Assembly (NCBI RefSeq): GCF_025145845.1 | Contig: NZ_CP102253.1 | Span: forward strand, 996,495 to 1,028,494 | Length of the DNA stretch: 32,000 nt | From: Alistipes shahii WAL 8301 | Lineage (GTDB): Bacteria; Bacteroidota; Bacteroidia; Bacteroidales; Rikenellaceae | Reading direction: 5' to 3' | In this document: piece by piece, positions 24,285-32,000 of the stretch | Numbering within the stretch: position 1 is the stretch's first letter | Layout: each line of letters begins with the position of its first letter | Made by a program: the position numbers and the translations under genes | Notes under the pieces: generated by a model | Seen by the model: the letters and a program-made list of their open reading frames with translations, nothing else | Told to the model about the DNA's origin: nothing | Databases searched by the model: none

Positions 24285-24305
24285 GTTTTTCCGTATTTGA
24301 AGCGA

Positions 24306-27300
24306 TTAAAAAGTAATGTTGAAGCCGAAGTTGATCGTCCGCAGCGAAGGATACTGCATCAGGTTGGTCGACGAAAGGTCGATCTCGGGGTCGAACATCT
24401 TCAGCGGGGAGATCGTGAAGAGGTTCTCGCCGTTGACGAAGATCTGGCACTGGCTCATTCCGAGCTTCGAAATCCACCTCTTGGGGAGGGTGTACGAGAG
24501 TTGCAGCTGCTTGCAGCGCAGGTACGACGCATCGTAGAGCCACTGCGTGTTCTTGTAGTCGTGCATCTCGGGCGCGCCCGTGGCGGTGTGGAGGATCGGC
24601 AGGCGGGAGTTGTGGTTCTCGGGGGTCCACGCGTCGGTCGCCCACTCCTTCAGCACGCCCGCTCCGTTCCAGAACGGGGCTGCGAGGTTGCCCGAAAGAT
24701 AGGTCTTCACGTCGGCGACGCCCTGGAACTGCGCCGAAAGTTCGAGTCCCTTCCATCCCAGCGAGAAGTTGAAGGCGTAGGTGATGCTCGGCGTGAGGTT
24801 GCCGCAGACGGCGCGGTCGTCGTTGTCGATCTTGTCGTCGTTGTTGAGATTCTTGTAGCGGATGTACCCGGGCTTCACGCCGCTGCCGACGGTCACCGAA
24901 TTGGCGATCTCCTCGTAACTGTTGTAGAAGCCGTCGGCCTGGTAGAGATACCACGCGTCGATGGGTTCGCCCTCGCGGATGATGTTGAAGGTCTTGATGT
25001 ACTCCTGCCCGTCGAGGTCGACGACGATGTTCTTGTTGTAGCAGAAATTGCCGCCGAGGCTGTAATGGAAATTCTTGACCGCGCTCCGCCACTGGAGGTT
25101 CAGCTCGACGCCGTCGTTGGCCACCACGCCGATGTTCTGCTTCGGGCCGTTCAGGTTGCCGATCTGCGCCGGAATCTTCACGTCGCGCAGGATGCCTTCG
25201 GTGCGTTTCTTATAGAGGTCGACGCTGAACAGCAGGCGGTGGTCGAAGGCCTCGAAATCCAGTCCGAGGTTGTAGGTGCGGGTGGTCTCCCACGAGATGT
25301 TCTCGTCGACGAAATCCTTGATCGCCGCGCCGCCCGACAGCACGTCGCCGAAGCTGTAATTGTAGCTCTTGTTCGCCAGCACGGCCATCAGGTACTCGTA
25401 GTTGCCGATGGCCTGGTTGCCCATCTCGCCGACCGAGCCGCGGAGCTTGAGCACGTCGACCGCCCGGACGTTCTGCATGAAATTCTCCTTGTCGATGCGC
25501 CATCCGACCGACACGGCGGGGAAGAAGGCCCATCGGTTGCCCTTGGCGAATTTCGACGAACCGTCGTAACGCGCCGTCACGTCGATCAGGTATTTCTCCT
25601 TGTAGTCGTAGGTGATTCGCCCGAAGTAGGAGAAGAGCAGTTCGAGCGACGATCCGCCCGAAATATCCTCCATCGTGGAGCCGACCGACAGGGCGGTGAG
25701 CTGGTTGTTGAAGTAGTCGCGTTTTTTGGCCTGGAAGTTCTTGCCGTCGTAACGCTTGTACTCCGTGCCGACCATCACGTTGAAGTTGTGGTTGCCGCCG
25801 AAGCTCTTGCCCCACGAAAGGGTGTTGTAGAAGGTGTAGTTGATCGCGTTGTTGTCCCAGTCCTTGGCCGAAACGTAGGCGCTGAAGTTCTTCCGCTCAA
25901 GAGTTTTGGGATTGTAGGTGTACATCGCGTGCTTGAAGTCCTTCGAATAGTGGTCGACCTTCACGTAGCCCAGGTTGGCGTTGTACTTGATGCCCCACGG
26001 CAGGTCGTAGCCGATGTTGATGCGCCCCAGAATGCGGTGAAGCTGACGTTTGGTGTTGCCCTCGTGCAGCTCCATGAGCGGATTCTCGGGGTTGTTGCGC
26101 CCGGGGGTCGAGAGCCACGTCGAGAGCCACTTGCCGTCGGGCAGCTGCGTGCCGAAGATCGGCAGGGCGCGGTTGATGACGTTGACCGTCGTCGATACGC
26201 CGTAGATCGGGTCGGTGTTGTAGCGCAGGTTGCCCAGCAGGCTGATGCCCACCTTCAGGCGCTTGGTCACCTGCGCGTTGATCTTCATGTCCCACGAGAA
26301 GCGTTCCGCGTCGTCGTTGGCGACCATGATGCCGCGCTGGTTCATGTAACCGCCGCCCAGCGAGTAGGAGATCTTGTCCGTGCCGCCCGAAACGCGGGCG
26401 TTGTACTGCTGGAGAAAACCGTTCTGGTAGCAGAGGTCGTACCAATCGGAGGCGGGATAGATGTACTTGTCGTGCTTCATGCCCTCCTCGTATTCGAGGA
26501 TGTCGTCGCGGTTGTAGGTCACCGTCAGCTTGCCTTCGTTCAGTTCGGCCTGGTTGCGCATGTTCATATACTGAATCGGGTCGGTCACCACGTCGGGCAC
26601 GTAGGTCGCCGACTGAATGCCGAAGTTGGCGCTCAACTTCACCACCGGTGCGCCCTTCTTGGCCTGCTTCGTGGTGATGAGGATGACGCCGTTGGCGGCC
26701 TTGGAACCGTAGATCGAGGCCGAAGCGTCCTTCAGCACCGAGATCGTCTCGATGTCGCCGGGATTCAGCTCGTTGAGCGAATACTCCATGCCGTCGACCA
26801 GCACCATGGGGCTGGAACTGCTCATCGTGCCGACGCCGCGTATGCGGATCGTCGCGCCGTCGCTGCCGGGCTTCGACGAAGCCTGGTTGATGTAGACGCC
26901 GGGCATCGAATAGAGCGCCTGCGAGGCGTGCGTCATGGGCTGGTTCTCGATCTCCGACATCTGGCGCACGGCGACCGAGCCGGTCAGGTTGACCTTCTTC
27001 TGCACGCCGTATCCGATCACCACCACGTCGTCGAGGAGCTGGTTATTCTCCTTCAGCACCACGGTCAGATGCGTCCGGTTGCCCACTTCGACCTGCGCCG
27101 CGTCGTAACCGATGAACGACACGCTGAGCCGCGCGCCCGCAGTCACGTTCAGGGCGAATTCGCCCTTCGAATTGGTCACCATGCCGTTCGTCGTGCCCTC
27201 GACCAGCACGTTCGCCCCCACGATCGGATCGCCGGCCTCGGTCTCGACGCGGCCCTTCAGCTGGTATTCCCGGCCCCGGCCTGCCGGGTCGGATTTGTAA

Positions 27301-27647
27301 AGCACGATGTGGCGGCCTTCGAGTTTGGCCAGAATTCCCTGGTCGGCGAGCACGCCGTCGAGCAGTTTCAGGACGTTCTGATCGTGCGCCTCGACCGAAA
27401 CGCGCTTCCGGAGGTCGATCTCGCTCTCCCGATACCAGAACGAGTAGCCGCTCTGCGTCTTGACCGCTTCGATCACCTCGCGCACGGTGGCGTTCTTCAG
27501 CGTCAACGAAATCACGGGATTCTGCGCGTAAAGAGCCTGGGCCGCCACCGTGAACCAACACAGGGTCAGCAATCCGCTCAGTCTGCACAGCATCCGCTGG
27601 CCGAAAAGGTCCCGGAAGGACCTTCTGCTGGTAGAATTGTTACTCAT
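24306..27647 (-). CDS. SusC/RagA family TonB-dependent transporter with N-terminal STN signalling domain
   Basis: 1113 aa. The STN-like segment is ISLTLKNATVREVIEAVKTQSGYSFWY and the carboxypeptidase-regulatory-like domain is GRVETEAGDPIVGANVLVEGTTNGMVTNSKGEF. The plug includes DDVVVIGYGVQKK and ISVLKDASASIYGSKAANGVILITTK. The protein ends in an aromatic residue (...FGFNITF). An alternative start at 27593 (MLCRLSG...) is possible. Confidence 0.95.
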   Translation of the reverse strand: MSNNSTSRRSFRDLFGQRMLCRLSGLLTLCWFTVAAQALYAQNPVISLTLKNATVREVIEAVKTQSGYSFWYRESEIDLRKRVSVEAHDQNVLKLLDGVLADQGILAKLEGRHIVLYKSDPAGRGREYQLKGRVETEAGDPIVGANVLVEGTTNGMVTNSKGEFALNVTAGARLSVSFIGYDAAQVEVGNRTHLTVVLKENNQLLDDVVVIGYGVQKKVNLTGSVAVRQMSEIENQPMTHASQALYSMPGVYINQASSKPGSDGATIRIRGVGTMSSSSPMVLVDGMEYSLNELNPGDIETISVLKDASASIYGSKAANGVILITTKQAKKGAPVVKLSANFGIQSATYVPDVVTDPIQYMNMRNQAELNEGKLTVTYNRDDILEYEEGMKHDKYIYPASDWYDLCYQNGFLQQYNARVSGGTDKISYSLGGGYMNQRGIMVANDDAERFSWDMKINAQVTKRLKVGISLLGNLRYNTDPIYGVSTTVNVINRALPIFGTQLPDGKWLSTWLSTPGRNNPENPLMELHEGNTKRQLHRILGRINIGYDLPWGIKYNANLGYVKVDHYSKDFKHAMYTYNPKTLERKNFSAYVSAKDWDNNAINYTFYNTLSWGKSFGGNHNFNVMVGTEYKRYDGKNFQAKKRDYFNNQLTALSVGSTMEDISGGSSLELLFSYFGRITYDYKEKYLIDVTARYDGSSKFAKGNRWAFFPAVSVGWRIDKENFMQNVRAVDVLKLRGSVGEMGNQAIGNYEYLMAVLANKSYNYSFGDVLSGGAAIKDFVDENISWETTRTYNLGLDFEAFDHRLLFSVDLYKKRTEGILRDVKIPAQIGNLNGPKQNIGVVANDGVELNLQWRSAVKNFHYSLGGNFCYNKNIVVDLDGQEYIKTFNIIREGEPIDAWYLYQADGFYNSYEEIANSVTVGSGVKPGYIRYKNLNNDDKIDNDDRAVCGNLTPSITYAFNFSLGWKGLELSAQFQGVADVKTYLSGNLAAPFWNGAGVLKEWATDAWTPENHNSRLPILHTATGAPEMHDYKNTQWLYDASYLRCKQLQLSYTLPKRWISKLGMSQCQIFVNGENLFTISPLKMFDPEIDLSSTNLMQYPSLRTINFGFNITF

Positions 27648-27689
27648 AAGGATTGAAATTTAGGTTGTAGTGAAAAAAATCGTGAATCT

Positions 27690-28637
27690 CTATCGGTTTC
27701 TGTAAAGCTCGAAATGGTTCTTGCGGCTGCGGCAGAGGATACGGCTGTCGGCCGAGATGATCCGCATGATTTCGTGGATGTTCTCGCCGTCGACGAACTC
27801 ACCCGTGAAACAGATCCTGCGCAGCCGTTCGTCGGGGATCGTGATGTCGACGTTGAACTGCCTTTCGAGGCTCCGGGCGATCGACGCCAGGGGTTCGGCC
27901 CGGAAGTAGAGCCTGTCCTCCTGCCACGAGAGCACCTGCTCGACGTTCACCCTGCGCAGCGACAGCAGTCCGGAGGTCCTCTCGAAGAATCCCTGCTCGC
28001 CGGGACGCAGCCGCACGCTCCGCGACTCGGGACCGCCGTCCACCAGCAAGCTGCCCGTCGCCAGCGTGATCTGGTAATTCTCGTCCTCGGAATAGGCGTG
28101 CACATTGAAAGTCGTTCCGAGCACCGTCGAGACGACCTGTCCCGTGACGACGACGAAGGGCCTGCGGGCGTCGTGCTCGACCTCGAAATAGGCCTCGCCG
28201 TCGACCTCCACGCGGCGTTCGTCGCCGAACAGCGCGGGATAGACGATGCGCGTGCCGCCGTTGAGCCGCACCCGCGAACCGTCGGGCAGCACCACGTCGG
28301 ACTTCACGCCCAGAGGCGTCGAGACGCTCACCGGCTGCGCCGCGGCGACCAGACGGCTTTCGGTCCGGCGTCCGCCCATGAACCAGCTGCCGCAGACGAC
28401 GCCCGCCATCACGGCCGCAGCCGCGGCGTAGCGGACGATCCGCATCCGGATTCCCCGGCGGCGGATGCGCGAGCGCACGTCGGCCCACACCGCCTCCCGC
28501 ATTCCGTCGGCCATGGCGTCGACTCCGGGTCCCACCCGGATGCCGTCCAGCAGCTCCGCCAGCCTGCGGCGGTCGCGCTCCGAACCTTCGATCAGTTCCG
28601 CCATCTCCGGCTCCCTCTTCGTATGCTGATATTGCAT
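27690..28637 (-). CDS. FecR family anti-sigma factor
   Basis: 315 aa with a cytoplasmic N-terminus, one TM helix (YAAAAAVMAGVVCGSWF) and a periplasmic FecR domain (LPDGSRVRLNGGTRIVYP...VEVDGEAYFEV). It is positioned between the ECF sigma gene and the STN-SusC gene. Confidence 0.9.
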   Translation of the reverse strand: MQYQHTKREPEMAELIEGSERDRRRLAELLDGIRVGPGVDAMADGMREAVWADVRSRIRRRGIRMRIVRYAAAAAVMAGVVCGSWFMGGRRTESRLVAAAQPVSVSTPLGVKSDVVLPDGSRVRLNGGTRIVYPALFGDERRVEVDGEAYFEVEHDARRPFVVVTGQVVSTVLGTTFNVHAYSEDENYQITLATGSLLVDGGPESRSVRLRPGEQGFFERTSGLLSLRRVNVEQVLSWQEDRLYFRAEPLASIARSLERQFNVDITIPDERLRRICFTGEFVDGENIHEIMRIISADSRILCRSRKNHFELYRNR

Positions 28638-28675
28638 GATTTCTCCTTTTTGGTCGTATACACATATAGAGTGCG

Positions 28676-28714
28676 AAAGCCGCGGTTCCGTTTAAGGGAA
28701 CCGCGGCTTTTTTT
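28676..28714 (-). promoter_or_regulatory. Strong hairpin between the sigma and anti-sigma genes (terminator/attenuator-like)
   Basis: Plus strand reads AAA GCCGCGGTTCC gtttaag GGAACCGCGGC TTTTTTT: a perfect 11-bp stem. On the transcribed minus strand it is preceded by A7 and followed only by TTT. Confidence 0.55.
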
Positions 28715-28728
28715 CATTCCGGCAGGCG

Positions 28729-29353
28729 TCAGAAACGCGCCGTGAAGAGGAACAGCAGCAGGGAAACCAGCTTCAGGTCGGGATAATGCGTGCGTATGCC
28801 GGCCACGATCCTGTCGACGGCGATCTTGATCTGGACCCGCACCGTGCTCTCGGAGAGCGACAGCGCCTCGGCGATCTCGCGCGACGACAGCCCCTCCTGC
28901 CGGTTGAGCAGAAACACCGTGCGGCAGCGTTCGGGCAAATCGTTTATGAGACGGCGCACCAGCTCCTCGACTTCGGCCTCTATCAACCGGCTATCGGGAG
29001 CGTCTTCGCTGTGGGGGGGGGGAATTTCGGTCGATCAGCGAGATGGGAATCTCCTCGAACGAGAGGCAGCGGCGGCGCGTACGGGACTCCTTCAGATACC
29101 GGTTCGCCTCGTTGCGCGCGACGACGTAGAGGTAGGCGTCGATGTTTTCGATCCTCCGCAGCGCGACGCGGGACTTCCAGACGGCGACGAAGACGTTGCT
29201 CACGACCTCGCCGCAGGCCTCCCTGTTGCGCAGAAAATAGTAGGCGAACCGGAAAACGCTCCGGTAATAGAGATCATAGAAAACCCGGAAAGCGTAATCG
29301 TCGTTCTCGCTTACGGAAACAAGCAAATTCTCAAGTTCTTTTTTCTTCTCCAC
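28729..29353 (-). pseudogene. ECF (sigma-70 family) sigma factor, split by a frameshift in a C10 tract
   Basis: The N-terminal ORF (28991-29353, GTG start) carries region 2 (FRVFYDLYYRSVFRFAYYFLRNREACGEVVSNVFVAVWKSR...YLYVVARNEANRYL). The C-terminal ORF (28729-28986) carries region 4 (LINDLPERCRTVFLLNRQEGLSSREIAEALSLSESTVRVQIKIAVDRI). The two frames meet at the homopolymer 29013-29022, and removing one C gives a single ~207-aa protein. Confidence 0.85.
29013..29022. repeat. G10 (plus strand) / C10 (coding strand) homopolymer
   Basis: Counted directly: gt gggggggggg aa at 29011-29024. Confidence 0.95.
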
Positions 29354-29381
29354 ATCCGGGCATGTTCAGGCTTTCACAAGA

Positions 29382-29412
29382 CAAAATTAGGAAACTTTTT
29401 CAGAACCGCAAT
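29382..29412 (-). promoter_or_regulatory. Promoter of the ECF sigma gene
   Basis: Minus strand reads ATTG (29409-29412), a 19-nt spacer, then TAATTTTG (29382-29389), 28 nt upstream of the GTG at 29353. Confidence 0.55.
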
Positions 29413-29454
29413 ATACGGTTCCGTTAAAATCCCGCGACGGCCCCGAAGCGGCAG

Positions 29455-29498
29455 CCGCAAAGAGAGAGAGGGACCGCGCCCTCCGCACGGTCCCTCTC
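29455..29498 (-). terminator. Terminator of the acyl-CoA synthetase operon
   Basis: Minus strand reads GAGAGGGACCG tgcggagggcg CGGTCCCTCTC followed by TCTCTTTG: a perfect 11-bp stem and a pyrimidine/T-rich tail. It is preceded by a second short GC hairpin, CCGGCC gca GGCCGG, right after the stop. Confidence 0.55.
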
Positions 29499-29518
29499 CC
29501 CGCCGGCCTGCGGCCGGA

Positions 29519-31177
<1,659 letters not shown>

Positions 31178-31184
31178 GCTGCCG

Positions 31185-31739
31185 TTACATTATTATGGCC
31201 AGAAACCGCACCGTTTTGCCGTCGAGGGCTTTCATCCCGTGCGGCAGGCCCGAATCGAAATAGAGGCTGTCGCCCGTGTTCAGCACGATCTCCTTGCCGT
31301 TCAGCCCGATCAGCAGGCGGCCCTCCAGCACGTAGTTCATCTCCTGCCCGGGGTGGCAGTTCAGGTGCATCGGGGCGTCGTCCGCAGCCGGCTCGACCGT
31401 CACGATGAAGGGGTCGATCTTCCGGTCGCGGAATCCCGCCGCCAACGCCTCGTACTTGTAGGCCTTCTGCCGTTCGACCGACACGCCCTTTCCGGCGCGG
31501 GTGATGAAATAGGCGTTCATCTTCGGCTCCTCGCCGAACATCAGCACATCGAGGCTGATCCCGTAATGGCGGGATATGGTTTGCAGCACGTTCACCGAAA
31601 AATCGGCCGTGCCGCTCTCCATCTCCCTGTACTGTCCGACCGGAAGGTTGCAGCTCGCAGCCACCTCCTCCTGGGTCAGTTCAAGCGCTTCGCGCAGCCC
31701 GCGCAAACGGGTCGCAATCGACTGAATAGGGTCACACAT
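31185..31739 (-). CDS. XRE-family HTH regulator with C-terminal cupin domain
   Basis: 184 aa with HTH IATRLRGLREALELTQEEVAASCNLPVGQYREMESG and cupin HPGQEMNYVLEGRLLIGLNGKEIVLNTGDSLYFDSGLPHG. It lies 7 nt upstream of the synthetase gene, so it is probably co-transcribed. Confidence 0.88.
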   Translation of the reverse strand: MCDPIQSIATRLRGLREALELTQEEVAASCNLPVGQYREMESGTADFSVNVLQTISRHYGISLDVLMFGEEPKMNAYFITRAGKGVSVERQKAYKYEALAAGFRDRKIDPFIVTVEPAADDAPMHLNCHPGQEMNYVLEGRLLIGLNGKEIVLNTGDSLYFDSGLPHGMKALDGKTVRFLAIIM

Positions 31740-31860
31740 TGTCTTTTCGTTTTAAATGAAAGGTCCGCGCTGCGGGTTCCGGACGAACAGGTTACAATCC
31801 GGAAGGCCGCCCGTACGGCCCCTGCGCACCGCACGGGCCGTTTTCACTGGATGCAGGCCG

Positions 31861-31892
31861 TAAATATACTAAAAACTCTTAAAAACCGCAAC
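31861..31892 (-). promoter_or_regulatory. Promoter of the XRE-cupin / acyl-CoA synthetase operon
   Basis: Minus strand reads GTTG (31889-31892), a 20-nt spacer, then TATATTTA (31861-31868), ~120 nt upstream of the ATG. Confidence 0.4.
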
Positions 31893-32000
31893 TTCGCGCT
31901 CCGTTTCCCTTCCGCGCGCCTGCGGCGGCTGTAATCAATCCGGCGGCGGAGCGTTTCGCCAAACGAGAGCGGCGGCCATCCTCCCCGACCGCCGTTTTTC

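Noticed and set aside
21735-27656. 1973-aa plus-strand ORF, the longest in the window
   Set aside because: It runs antisense across three separate, well-supported minus-strand genes (lipoprotein, SusD, SusC) and their intergenic gaps. It has no recognisable motifs. It is an artefact of GC3 bias, as are 19718-21808, 27714-28745, 28790-31162 and 31176-31934 on the plus strand.
31968-32000. CGGCGG-N13-CCGCCG-TTTTT terminator-like hairpin at the right edge
   Set aside because: The T tract is on the plus strand, but no plus-strand gene precedes it. It is truncated by the window edge, so the context is insufficient.

Overview
High-GC Bacteroidales-type chromosome segment, judged from SusC/SusD genes, lipobox lipoproteins and TTTG-N19-20-TAnnTTTG promoters. 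An Alistipes-like origin is only my guess. Layout: (i) 1 to ~2200 is an AT-rich, decayed integrative/mobilizable element remnant next to the rpoC terminator. It holds a MobC-like fragment and a tyrosine integrase wrecked by two frameshifts and an internal deletion. (ii) 2304-15742, all minus strand, is the core cluster tRNA-Thr, tRNA-Tyr, tRNA-Gly, tuf, tRNA-Trp, secE, nusG, rplK, rplA, rplJ, rplL, rpoB, rpoC. (iii) 16171-19491 holds a RimJ/RimL-type GNAT, an AraC regulator, a coiled-coil lipoprotein, L31 type B and a solitary tRNA(CAT). (iv) 19550-29353, minus strand, is an ECF-sigma / FecR anti-sigma / STN-SusC / SusD locus with three exported cargo proteins in which I recognise no CAZyme. 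(v) 29519-31739 is an XRE-cupin regulator plus an AMP-forming acyl-CoA synthetase. I saw no rRNA, CRISPR array, intact transposase or recognisable defence system. The most checkable oddity is a 10-nt G/C homopolymer that splits the ECF sigma gene heading the SusC/SusD locus; this could be a slipped-strand switch, a pseudogene or an assembly error. Secondary oddities are the non-canonical PUL cargo, a 282-nt structured spacer inside the tRNA operon, and two tRNAs with unusual elbow/T-loop nucleotides. The very long plus-strand ORFs (up to 1973 aa) are antisense artefacts of GC3-rich genes. All family calls come from motif recognition by eye; no searches were run.
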